A stretch of 64,000 nt of DNA from Felis catus (GCF_018350175.1 NC_058368.1:169882001-169946000); one strand, 5' to 3'. Shown: positions 12,622 to 24,240, counted from the stretch's first letter. Notes: generated by a model from the sequence alone, not told the origin. Made by a program: numbers and translations.

Positions 12622-14026
12622 GTGTAGTGACATCATCAAGATGGTGACATAGGTCATTCCGGACTTCAGGTTTCCCTGATAAGGAGACCAGGTAGCAACT
12701 ATCTATAGACAAGACACTGTTGTGAAAATTCCAGAACCCAAGGACGAAACTGAAGCATCCCCTTTGGACAACAGAAACCCACAAGGACCATATTGGAAGA
12801 ATAAGAGGAGCAGCTTAACTTTGACTGCATGGACTTGCCCCTAAGCTAGCAAAGAGCTGCACTCAGAGAGCTTCCCTGTGCCTATGGCTTATTTCTAGTG
12901 GGGGAAAAAGGCACATCAGGTGGACGTCTAGGTTCCCCAGCATTGTGGGACTCTTGCCAGAAGGCTTAATCGAGTCTCACCTCTCAGGGATCATTAGGGG
13001 AATCTGTGGAACTCTACCACTGAGGAATCAAGAGATGGAAAAGGCGGGATAGGACTAATAGTAACCAGAGCTCAGATCTTGGTGGACTTGCTCCTGTTTG
13101 CAGAAGTGCCTAAGCAGAGATCCCAGCCAGTAGCTCTGCCTAAGTGTAAAGCTGAGCAGCTGGCCCCATCCAGCCAGGGAGCTCCACTGGCAGTTCTGCT
13201 TGATTTGGATCATCAACCAACAGGCCATACTAAGCATGGAACCCATTGTATGGTTCTACCTGGGCAGGGGAGAGAATTTGCAGGGAGCCAAGACAGCAGT
13301 CCTGCCCAATGGTTGAACATAGCTCCTGAAGTCACAAAACCAGGGGCACTGAAGAGTGATCCAGAGCAGCCCTAGGGCATTGCTTATGGTATCACACACC
13401 CACGGAGCCCAGCCAGCAGCAAAGCCCAGAATATGGCCCTGCCCAGTTGCTGAACAAAGCCTACAGTCTTGTTCAGGCAGAGAAGCAAGTCAGGGACCCC
13501 ACGCAATTGCAAACCATAGCCTACAGCCCCGTCAGAACAGAGAGCCCAGGCAGAGACTTTGCATGTCTGCACAGCACAATCTTCAGCCCCACCCACATGC
13601 GGGGTACAGCTGGCAGCCCCACCCACACAGAGAGCCCAGCCGGTGACTTTGGCCAGCAGTAGAGGGCTGCCAACAGCCTACCTGCCAGTGAAGCCCAAGC
13701 TGTCCTTGGGGCAGCCCAACTCCAGGGCACAGCCTTTGGCCCTGCCTGAATGCAGAGCTTAGCTGGCAGCACCTCCTGGTTAGGCAGCACAGTCTGAGGT
13801 GCTCCCAACCAGGAGCAACTGTAGGCCACGGCAGGCAGCCATGCCCGACTGCAGAATCCTGCCAGTGGTAGTGCTCTGCTAGGGCCCATACCCTGCAACA
13901 CGGCCCGACTAGAGGGCATTATCGAGCCCGGCTGCTGGCCTCACCTGGCCATAGAACATAGTCAGCAGTCCTGCCTCACCAGGGAGCCCACCCAGTGTCC
14001 CCCCCCTGAGTGTGGAGCCTAGCCAG
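12622..14026 (+). mobile_element. GC-rich L1 5'UTR-like segment with a ~30-bp monomer array
   Basis: Opens with 'gtgacatcatcaagatggtgacatagg', resembling L1 5' termini carrying the AAGATGG YY1-type motif; abrupt GC shift against the host L1; degenerate 30-bp units from ~13100 to 14026. Confidence 0.65.
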
Positions 14027-14215
14027 CTGGGGATCTACGGCATAGCACAGAGACTATAGTTAACAACATTGTATAGTAGAAAGTTGTTGATATTGGATAT
14101 TGAAAACTCTCACCACAGAAGATACATTTATCAAATTTACATTTATCACACTGTACACCTAAACTCCGGTAACATTATACTTTTAAAATATATCTCAAAA
14201 TAGCTGGAAAGAAAA
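14027..14215 (+). mobile_element. L1 3'UTR terminus (L1MA-type)
   Basis: 'ctggggatct...gactatagttaacaac...cacactgtacacct...tatatctcaaaatagctggaaa' parallels the L1 3' end at 53222-53480 in this window. Confidence 0.85.
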
Positions 14216-14334
14216 CTAGAGAGAGAGAGAAATTACATGATCATCTTTATGTAAACTGTACCCTAATGAGTTAAAAATATTTTTAAAAAAATCATAACGT
14301 ATCCATTAGGGAGAGCCTATAGAAATTACTTCTT

Positions 14335-14547
14335 CCTTTAAGTTTATTTATTTATTTTGAGAGAGAGAGAGAGCAAGTACGCTAGCAAGCATGGGGGAGG
14401 GCCAGAGAGAGAGGGAGAGAGAGAACCCCAAACAGGCTCCATGCTGTCAGTGCAGAGCCTGACATGGGCTCATTCCCACAACCGTGAGATCATGACCTGA
14501 GCTGAAATTAGGAGTCAGACCCCCAACCGACTGAGCCACCCAGGCTC
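14335..14547 (-). mobile_element. Can-SINE (older, SINEC_Fc2-like)
   Basis: 'gagatcatgacctgagctgaaattaggagtcagac...ctgagccacccagg'; candidate TSD agaaa(t/c)tacttctt at 14321-14334 and 14556-14569. Confidence 0.95.
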
Positions 14548-14885
14548 AGTAATTAAGAAACTACTTCTTAATTTACATCTTCACGCATTCATAAGAGAAG
14601 TGCCTGTTGTCTGAGCTACTAGGATCTTCCACCAGAGATATTGCAGATAGAATTCCTGCATTGGATCTGGGGTCCTACAGAAAATGACTAACATGGTGTC
14701 TGACTCCCTGAGCCCATGATTCACATTTTTCATTAACAACAAATCAAATTGTAGTTTATCAACTTCTTTCTATGTCCCCAAATTAAGGATATTTTCAATT
14801 CAGAGAAATATATAGCAGTTATCAATTTATTTGATGGTGGTTGCCTCAACTGTATGCAGTAGGAGATATTTTTAAAAGTAATCCA

Positions 14886-15094
14886 GGGGTGCCTGGGTGG
14901 CTCAGTGGGTTAAGCATCCAACTTTGGCTCAGGTCCTGATCTTGCAGTTCAGGAGTTCCAGTCCCATATCGGGCTCTTTTGCTGACAGCTCAGAGCCTGG
15001 AGCCTCCTACAGCTTCTGTGCCTCCTTCTCTCTCTGCCCCTCCCCTGCTCACATTCTGTCTGTCTCTCAAGAATAAATAAACATTAAAAAAAAA
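14886..15094 (+). mobile_element. Can-SINE (SINEC_Fc family)
   Basis: 'ggggtgcctgggtggctcagt' head, CT-rich body, aataaa/poly-A tail; TSD taaaagtaatcca at 14873-14885 and 15095-15107. Confidence 0.97.
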
Positions 15095-15147
15095 TAAAAG
15101 TAATCCATATATGCTCTTAACAATGAAACAACAGAAAGGACAATTTA

Positions 15148-15520
15148 ATACAGTCCTTAAGAATATGAGCTTTGGCATCGACTTACCCATGTTTGAGTCT
15201 TTATTCTGCTTTGTGTTAGTTGTTACCTAAGCTACTGGCTTCTCAAAATTTTTTGCCTTAGTTATTTTATAAGGGAGACCTGGGCTCTGGTGAACTCTAT
15301 TACCTGTAACTTCTTACAAATCAATTGAATGACCTCCTCCTCCAAGGAAAAAAAAAATTCCCCAATTATTTTCTCATTAGTAAAATGAGAATACTAAAAA
15401 TAACATACTCATTGAACATTTATGAAAATGAAAAGAGGTAATTTATGTAAACTTTTAACACAGTGCCTGGCACATACATATTGTGTGCTCAAAAAATAGT
15501 AACATATATATTGATCATTA
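15148..15520 (+). mobile_element. MIR, split into two pieces
   Basis: 'ttaagaatatgagctttggcatc...gtttgagtc' then 'ttctcattagtaaaatgaga...aacacagtgcctggcacata'. Confidence 0.7.
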
Positions 15521-15581
15521 TTCTCATTTCCTTTCTTATAAACAACAAAAGAAGCATAATTTTTGACATATTGGAAGTATT

Positions 15582-15653
15582 TTCCTTTTAATTTTTTAAT
15601 ATTTATTTATTTTTGAGAGAGGGAGGCAGACAGACAGAGCATGAGTGGGGGAG

Positions 15654-15691
<38 letters not shown>

Positions 15692-15825
15692 CACAGAATC
15701 TGAAGCAGGCTCCAGGCTCTGAGCTGTCAGCACAGAGCCTGATGCGGGGCTCAAGCTCATGGAATGTGAGATCATGACCTGAGCCAAAGTCAGATGCTTA
15801 ACAGACTGAGCCACCTAGGTGCCCC
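15582..15825 (-). mobile_element. Can-SINE (SINEC_Fc family) with expanded (GA)n
   Basis: Typical body; TSD atatt(g/a)gaagtatt at 15568-15581 and 15827-15840. Confidence 0.97.
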
Positions 15826-16614
15826 TATATTAGAAGTATTAAGGACCTTTTTATTTGACTCTCATGACCACTATTGACTTTCTCAACAATACTTTCTTTT
15901 TTACGCTTAGATAAGGTCATAAATTAAAGGTCATTTCATCTTGCTGGCCTCCATACCTAGTCCAACCACCAAGCCATACTTAAGCACAGTGAGATTGACC
16001 ATAATAGCAAGCCCCCCTTCCTCTTGGATCTAATTACATTTCTAAGAATGAAGACGAAATGGAAAAGGTGTTAATTAATTTGTATTGCTTTTCTTTGGTG
16101 GCTGCAGGGAATAAAGGGTGCTTTTATTTGGAAAAAGGCAAGCTTCACATGTGGCCCAGAGCTGGGTGGATGGCACATCATTGCAGGTAGGTTTTATGGA
16201 GGCCACTTTCTCCACGTGCCAGGACAATCCCAGCCCAATAAAGAGGCATATGTACAAGTGATTCATATAGAAGAATCTGATCTTCTTTACTGGATCTCTT
16301 GGTGTAGGTTTATCCTCTCTAATCAGTTTCACTTTATGCATGAACATTTACTGTGATTTATGTGCCTAACAATGATTAGGGTGAATAGGTTTGTTTGAAT
16401 ACATATGACAGATGGCATCTTTGTGGTCACCCATGGATGAGCCTTCCCATTTCTAGAGGCAGTGGAGAAACTTTTTACCAGACTCTAGTTAAGCTCTAAC
16501 ACAGCTCAAGAATATGGTGGTGCATAATATCAAAGACCAGGTTGGACTGTCTGAAAAAAGCTCTTTCTGCTCTCCTGGCCACTTGCTTTGACTAATAGAA
16601 TTTGACTTTGGAGG

Positions 16615-16886
16615 TGTCATACCCTGAATGTTTGTGTTCCCTCAGCATTAATATCTTGAAACCTTATCCCTAAGGTGATGGTATTTGGAGGCGGGACCTT
16701 CGGAGATGAAGGCTTTTCCCTCTTGAATGCAATCAGTGATCTTATAAAATAGACCCCAGAGATCTTTCTTGCTCCTCTGCCACGTGAGAATACAATGAGA
16801 AGATGACCATCTATGAACCAGGAAGCTGCTTCTCACCAGTTTAATCTATGGTATTCTCATTACAGCAGCCTGAACAGACTAAGACA
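16615..16886 (+). mobile_element. MLT1A/A0-like MaLR solo LTR with an internal deletion
   Basis: TG...CA termini ('tgtcataccctgaatgtttgtgtt' to 'gcagcctgaacagactaagaca'); lacks the 'ttgatcttggac...aactgtgagaaat' block present in the 20319 copy. Confidence 0.88.
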
Positions 16887-17055
16887 GAAGAGTGAATGCC
16901 ACCTTTGGTTGTATGGTCCCAGTAAGTGCCTGGCTTAGTTCTAGACTCTGCGTGATTTCTGAGAATAAGACAAAGTCTTCCTCTCTCAGGTGCTGTAAGA
17001 ATTTCCTTCACCTGACAGCACAACCTCCCATTCTGAATAAGCAATATGCTTAAAA

Positions 17056-17123
17056 TGTCAAATACTCCTAAAGTAGATAACATGTTGACTGTCAAATACT
17101 CCTAAGATGGGTAACACATTGAC
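17056..17123. repeat. 34-bp tandem duplication (2 copies)
   Basis: tgtcaaatactcctaaagtagataacatgttgac / tgtcaaatactcctaagatgggtaacacattgac. Confidence 0.9.
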
Positions 17124-17300
17124 TTAAATTTAGTCTAAGATGTGAATGTCTATCATCAGTGACTTTCTCAGACCACTTGTTATCTCTAGATGGTTCATAG
17201 GAGCTGGCGGTAAGAATTCTCAAGGGAAGACAACAGTATAGTCTGAGGGAAACCTTTATCATTTAATTTCATCCAGTGTTAGCCTCTGCTTTAGCTAGAA

Positions 17301-17486
17301 CAGTATTTCTCAAGGTTTTGAGGAGCTGGAAAAATGCACTCTTCAGAGTCCCATCCCACAAGTACCAAATCAGATCTCTGGGGGTGGGGGGTGGGGCTGG
17401 GGTGGGCAGGACTCAGAAGATGTGTTTGTGTAATAGTGTATAAGTCCCCACATGATCCTTTGCACACTCACATTTGAGAGTCTGTT
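17301..17486. mobile_element. MER5-like hAT MITE, degraded, containing a G-tract cluster
   Basis: 'cagtatttctcaag...aaaatgca...aaatcagatctctggggg...tttgaga'. Confidence 0.6.
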
Positions 17487-19099
17487 TCCGGGTAATCATC
17501 TCTGTGAGAGTATGCACACTGTCGTGCACACCCATGGGGAAAGGAGGTGCCATGCAGGACTCTGTGGGTGGGTGTGAGTTCATGCTCTGCCTGCTTGCTT
17601 GGGAAGGATGCCATTTAGGGGGATGTACTCGAGCAATCACTCCTGACTCGTTGCCTCTGCTCTCCGTATTTATAGCTCCCAGCGTGGCTCATTGCAGCCA
17701 CCAGCTCCTTCATCATTTTAATATTTTTCCCAGTTTCTCTGCCCACTGATCATATTTTTCCGTTCCAAACTATTTAATTTATTAATACCGCCCTGAAGAA
17801 TGTGCGGCAATTGTTGTCTGCTGTGCCCAGGAAGAAACACACAGACACACAGCCCAACACCACAGCTCATACTGGAGAGAGGAGATGATTCATCCCTGCT
17901 GCTCCCACCCTATCAGAGAGGCTGGTGTTCCTATACGTTAGTAAGAGTAAGATACCACCATCATCTCCACCCTTTCCATTATACTTTCAGGTGCGGCTGA
18001 CATTTGCCTGTGAATTTTTCAGTAACAGCCACAGGGTGCTGCTCCCAGGTCCAGCTCGACTCTTTGCTTTTGTACCAGCTGGTCCGCACACCTTCAGCCT
18101 TCAATTGCCCACAGCACAGCTCTCTGAATCCTTTGTCTTAGTTCTAAAGCTTTCTTTGAAGGCCCTGGGAGAGCGATCCTTAGTGGCATCCCCGCCTTGC
18201 TCCCCAGCTCCTTTCCTTTATGTTCCCCCCTTTCTCAGGCCAACCCTCTCTTTGTGTCTCGGTGGTTATCAGCTTGCAGGGGATACTCCATTGCAGACTG
18301 AAGCAGGCTGTGGGAGAGGTCACTTTAGCTGAGGTGACCTCACATACTGGTCCGAGTATGTGCTAAGCCTCCGGCATGGTCACTTCATGTCACCGACTGA
18401 CAGACAGGTCACTTCCTCCTACAGCCAGAGGAGCTTGGCAGACTCACTTGACAGTCTCCTCAGATTTGCTGGAATCTGCAAAGAGCCTCCTCAGTGCCTC
18501 GGATGCAGAGAAGAACATTCCACATGGGGAACCTTTATTCTCCTGCCTCATTAGGCTGTACAATAGCTAACAGATTGCACACACCACCTGCCCCTCCCTG
18601 CCCCAAGGGCTGCTAGTTTAAGGGCAAACGGTAAGTGGCCAGGCTCATGCAGACTTTACAAGAGCAGTGTTATAAGCCAGAAGGATGCAAGCAGGTTTCA
18701 CTTTGTGCACAGACGGCATTTTAAAATGGATAAATCTTTCTTCATTGTGTAGCGTTTCAAAAGGTGAGTAAAAGGCACATGCACAGTAACAGATCTTTTG
18801 AGTATGTGCATTTGTGAAAGACACAAAGAACTCTAAAAATTGCGTTTCTCTTTGACCAGACTAAGGATATCAGCCTTTGCCTGATGCCATGTGGTCAGGG
18901 CAGCAGCGTCCTGGGCAGAGGCCGCCTGCCGCCTCCCCTTGCTGTCCCAGGACAGCCTGGGGCCTCTCATCACTTAGTGACATTGACAGTTTGGGGAGAT
19001 AATTAACATCCTAAACAATGCTCGAGTATTGTCGATAACATAGCTTAGTCAGTTCTAACCAGTGACATTAAATAGAAATATGAAAAACTTTTAACTTTT

Positions 19100-19296
19100 T
19101 TTTTTTAATGTTTATTTATTTTTGAGACAGAGCATGAACGAACGAGGGTCAGAGAGAGGGAGACACAGAATCTGAAACAGGCTCCAGGCTCTGAGCTGTC
19201 AGCACAGAGCCCGACGTGGGGTCGAACTCAAGGACCATGAGATCATGACCTGAGCCGAAGTCGGCCGCTTAACCGACTGAGCCACCCAGGAGCCCC
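19100..19296 (-). mobile_element. Can-SINE (SINEC_Fc), fairly young
   Basis: Retains CpGs ('gccgaagtcggccgcttaaccgactga'); perfect TSD aacttttaactttt at 19086-19099 and 19297-19310. Confidence 0.98.
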
Positions 19297-20318
19297 AACT
19301 TTTAACTTTTAAAATATCCTAAGAATGTTTAGTAATGTCATTGCTACTGGTATCATAGGTTCTTTGATCTGTTCCTTGACATGAAATTTCTCCTTTCCTC
19401 TACAGGATGACATTTGTAAGAGATAACATGATTCAGATGAAGTTTTATTCAAGATTGGACCAGACAGGCTTTTTATACTTCGTTATTTTCACTTATTTCT
19501 GATACTAATTTAAAGCCTGTTGGGTGTGATTGCTGTTACTCTTTCAGTTAAAACATTCTCCGTGTGCACATATGCACATGCAGAACTCATATGCTAGTTG
19601 TTTCCATTCCAGCCAAAAGCACAGATATGATTGAAAACACCTGATCTCTACTTTTAATCGTTCTTCGCCCCTCAACCTCTTTAGGGCCCTGGAGGACAGA
19701 GCTATCATTGAGAGTGATTGCAAGAAGAGCAGATTTAGGATGGTGACTGGGAAAGATGAATTGAAAACATAAAATAGAACAACAGGAGTTCATTTGCCAG
19801 GTGATAGCTATGGAGGCGAGAGAAGGCCGGCTCTCAGGAGAACCACAGAGGAGAAATGGCCCAAAGTTAAGAACAGGAAATGAGCAGAGGAATAGACCCA
19901 CCAAACTATTGATCAGCCGTGGACCTGGTTTAAAGAAGCGGATAGCTTTAAGGGGTGCCAAAAGGCAAGGCTAGAAACATGTTACCTTCTTCTAAGTGCA
20001 TTTGCTGGCTGTGGCTGGAAAAAAGATGTACGCACACAGAAAGTTAATAAGACAAAGACACCCTTTGTTTGATCACATCTGTGCCTGATGGCCTCAGAGC
20101 AAATAGCTGGGGATTGTCAAGAGCTGGCAAATGATCACTGTTTGAAAACAGGTATCTATCACAGGGAAATATCACACAAAGCCACAGCTTTCTTATTTGA
20201 TGCTCTGCAAACACCCATCACCTTCAACTGTGACAGCTACCCCCCCACATCCACAAACTCTTTGAGAACATCAGCATCCTTCCTGGAAGCCCCACAAACT
20301 CTGGCTCATGTTGCCAAG

Positions 20319-20646
20319 TGGTATGGACTGAATGATGGTGCCATCCCCCCAATTCACGTGTCGAAATCCTAACCCCCAAAGTGATGATAGTAGTAGAGGT
20401 ATTAGGCCAGGAGGATAGAGTCCTCAGGAATGGGATTAATGCTTTAGGAGAAGAGACTCAAGAGAGCTTGCTTCCTTTCTTTCTGCTCTCCCTGCCTTTT
20501 TAGAATACAACGAGAGGACAGCCATCTGCAAACTACACCTTGATCTTGGACCTTTGGGCCTCTAGAACTGTGAGAAATGAATTTCTGTCGTTGAAGCTAC
20601 CCGGTCTGTGGTAATCTGTACTAATTAAGCCTGAACTCATTAAGAC
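20319..20646 (+). mobile_element. MLT1A-like MaLR solo LTR
   Basis: 'tggtatggactgaatg...ccttgatcttggac...agaactgtgagaaat...taagac'; flanks ccaag/ccaaa. Confidence 0.88.
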
Positions 20647-21059
20647 CCAAAGCTAACCCAGCACTCTGTTGTCTCTAGGCCCATTGTAGAAGCTCCCCTA
20701 ATAGTAGCAAGCTAAAGGGCCTTGGTGTGGCAAGTAGGCTGAGAAGAGTGCCCTTCTGCGTGAATGAAAAGGCTAATCGCCACCGCCATTCTGAATGTAC
20801 GTATTAGAGATGGGACTGATCAAAGTGTGGTAGAGAAACAGAATATTCTTATAAACCCACATACTTGTTGTGTTTACATTAGCAATCTGTGTAGAAGCCT
20901 CTATAAATATATTGGATCCAGAGTAATTGCTTCAGGTTCTCAACATAATTTCTCTTCTTATTGGAAAACAGAAAGGTTTTTGTTTTTCCAACTAGTATCC
21001 AAAGGTTCTTCTTTTTATTAGTTAATGGTGACCCATACCTCTCCTTTGTATCCATCTAC

Positions 21060-21790
21060 CATTTCCTTTAACCCTGTGCTGTCTGATTTCTGTTCTCACA
21101 ACTGTATTGAAATTTCTCTCTTGAAAGTTACCAGTATCCTCCTCTGCCTTATGATAGACAGTTTTCCTTAACAGCACCATTTGACTTTTGGGAATTGGTT
21201 TCTCTTTTACACTTCCTGTTTGCCTTGATTTCTGTGACCTGATGTTTCCTGAACTCACTTATTTCTCTTGTTGCTGTTTTTCTATACTTTATTCTCCCTT
21301 GTTTTCTTGTCCCTCGTTCCCTGATCCTCAATGATGGTGGTTCTTGAAGATTCCTATCTTGACCTCTGCTTCTAGCCCTCGTAGTTCATCTTTAACTGGG
21401 ATCATTTATTTTCGTATCTCCAATGTCACTGTGGAGATGAGCATTTCCAAAGTGGAAATCAATGGCACCAATTTTATATTTATAATATGCATCTCATATT
21501 TCTAAAATTATAAACGTGTCAGTTTACCTTAAAGTCAACATAAATCACCTTTCAGTTAACATTTTTCCCCTTAAATTTTGCTTCCTCTCCAAACTATTGC
21601 AATTCCCATCTTTCTAGGACTAACTTCCTATTGTAGGTCCCTACCATTTGTGCCTTCTAATCTCTCTTTCCTACTCCTGCCACTCTTTTCATGTGTCTCT
21701 GAAATCCATCCCATCCACTCTATCCCCCTTCCCACCAACCTCATCCAGGGCTGCATTTCTGTTTGCCTCAATTACTGCCAACCCCATTCT
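21060..21790 (+). mobile_element. L2 fragments
   Basis: Pyrimidine-rich L2 body motifs 'ttaacagcaccatttgac', 'ttgcctcaattactgc'. Confidence 0.55.
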
Positions 21791-22059
21791 GAGCATGTGG
21801 TTGGAGATGGTGTATATCAGAGCTGAGGTGGGGGGGGATGATGGCTGGCCCCTGTCACTCTTACCTATGCTCTGCCCATTCTTTCCCCCTCCCCACTTTC
21901 CCAAAACTATCTTTGGGCTGAGCCTTCAAAAGCACTGTCATCAAGGCAGCCCTTGGGCATAATGCAGTTGAACTGGTTCCCAGCCACACTAAGAAATAAT
22001 TTGCATTGTGGGCAATCAGGAGTTGTGGGAGGGATGTGAACTTGGGGCTGGCTTGGGTC

Positions 22060-22170
22060 TTGTGAAGACTTGTGAATTAGGGCAAGTCTCTGCGCCTCAG
22101 TTTTCTAATCTGTAAAATGGACATATTAATGCACGAGTCTGTGGTGTTATGGTAAGGATTGGGCAAGATG
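22060..22170 (+). mobile_element. MIR core
   Basis: 'gggcaagtctctgcgcctcagttttctaatctgtaaaatgg'. Confidence 0.75.
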
Positions 22171-22819
22171 GATGTAATGTTTTCCCTCGGCTTGAATAGA
22201 GTTTAGATAGGCTTCTTCCTGCTTCTAGGTCCCTGACTTCCCTCTCCCCTAGACCTTTATGGAATCCAGATGACCTATGATTGCCTTACCCCTCGCTCAA
22301 AAGCTCTCCTGCCCTTGGATTCAATAGAGATGAGTCCAGATTGAGTCCCAAAAACATTTTGAAAATACCAACATGCCACGCAAGTCCCTCGTGTGACTGC
22401 TATAATCCCTTCAGCGATATATAGACAGGATAGAAAATGTATCGAGAATTCTGCTCTTCACCCCTGTGTCACAGTCAGGCTGTGCCCACAGGGACCCCAG
22501 GCTGACAGTTGAATCTTCATTTGGCCCTGAGATGTTTCCCTGGATCTCTTTCTGCTTCTCTACTGTGATAAACTGGACTGAACAATGCCAGCCGTGATGA
22601 TTTTAAGATCGTCTATTTGCCTTTAAAGCATTCTAGCTCATTGTGTGCATAAGTATATCATTTTTGTCAGAATAGACCCCAGATGAGCCAGGTGTTACCC
22701 TAGCCACTTTGGGCTGTATGTTCCTATGAGCCAACTCTCTCCTCTGCCCACATTCCTCCCCCACAAAACATAAGCACACACGAAATCCTCTGCAAGCTCC
22801 TAAACATTTTTGTGTTAGA

Positions 22820-23230
22820 GTTCTTATCCTTGTGGTCCTCTTGGCAAACATCTCGTCCCCCACTATTTCCAAGCCGACAGCTGGGAAGTAGCCTTCTTTG
22901 CATTTAGCTGAGGTCAAAGGTAAGGAAAAGTAAGCAAACATGTTGTAGAGAAATCCTGGGAAGTCTATTTTTTCCATTCCTCTTTGCTTATACTGATGCT
23001 TAGAATGTGACTGTGATGGTTGGGACTTCAGCAGCCTTTTTGGGCTGCAGTACTGAGGGCCACACCTTGGTAATCACAAAAAGAGCCGGAGCCTTTGATG
23101 ACCATGGAGCTATCATTTCAGCCCAGGTCTGAGTACTTCTATCCTTTTCTTTCCTGATGTGTGTGAGAAATACACTCTTATTAGTCCTTCCACCTTCATT
23201 TAGAATACTTTTTTTAAATCTTATCTTAAC
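22820..23230 (+). mobile_element. MLT1J-like LTR, degraded
   Basis: 'tagaatgtgactgtgatggttgggacttcagcagcc...ttgatgaccatggagc...gtgagaaata'. Confidence 0.55.
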
Positions 23231-24084
23231 TACATCATCATCATGTGCTAACACACTTTTCTCCTGTTGCTATTCTCTGTTACATTTCTATGGTAGTTCC
23301 TAGCAACCTTATATATCTTCTACCATTTTAACTTTTCCCTTAAACAAACTTCAGTGGAAACCAGTATTCCAGGAACTATGCCAGGCTATTGGAAAACAAG
23401 GATTAGTAATATAATACCCCATGGCTGTGAGACATTGACCAGACTCCCATTCTAAAGAAGTACAGGTGAATGACAGCAGATGAATATCGCTACCACACAA
23501 ATCAGCTTTGCTTTTGGCATATAAAAAGAACTGCTCTGGTCTCTGGCCTTGAAAAAAAGTGTAGCCTAACAGAAAAGGAGAACAGAAGGGCATAAAATAA
23601 TGAATGTTTACAAGCATTCAGGGAGAGAACTGGATTAGTGCTTCTTCTCCGTCAGCAGTGCCCTCACACGGAGCCCAAAACTTTCAAATTGATTCCCTCC
23701 TCCCTTCACTGGTTGGGAACAGTCCAAAAGCAGGGCGACTATGAATGGCCAGGCATCTGCAAAACAGCTTTTCTTTTAATTCTTGTGATTGTTGTAATAT
23801 TTATTTGAAATAAATGTCCTTTCAGTCCTTGAGCCCTGTTAGCGCATTCTGGGAACATGGCTAAAAAGCATGGAAGGGGAAAATTACCCTATTCCCCCCG
23901 CTTCCTCTAATCTAGGGTTTTGGAGGTTGTGATAGGTGCCAGAGCATCCTGAAAAGCCAGGTGTTCTTGATGTTTACAAATGGACGCCGAGCAGCAAGCT
24001 TGTGGGGATTACCATGGCGCAGCTTTGATCTAGTGCGTGCTGCTTGCAGGTATGGTGCGTTCTGGCTGTCCGTGGACCATCTTT

Positions 24085-24240
24085 TAATCCTCACAGCCAC
24101 TGCATGAGGTCACATAGCCACCGTCCTACAGAGGAGGAGACCAAAACTTAGAGACGTGAAGTAACCTGTTCCAAGTCACCAGGCAGCCAGCACAGGTGGA
24201 GCCTGGATTTGGATCCCGGCATCCTGACTCCAGAACTCTT
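24085..24240 (-). mobile_element. MIR
   Basis: 'taatcctcacagccac...tacagaggaggagacc...gaagtaacctgttccaagtcac...ctggatttggatccc'. Confidence 0.75.

Noticed and set aside
13055..13919. Cluster of overlapping ORFs (up to 132 aa) as a protein-coding gene
   Set aside because: GC-rich tandem-repeat sequence is stop-poor in several frames on both strands; no recognisable domain or exon structure.
17925..18332. 135-aa ORF with an internal acceptor-like site (ctttcag|GTG at ~17990)
   Set aside because: Non-ATG start, no recognisable homology, and a length compatible with chance in 64 kb.
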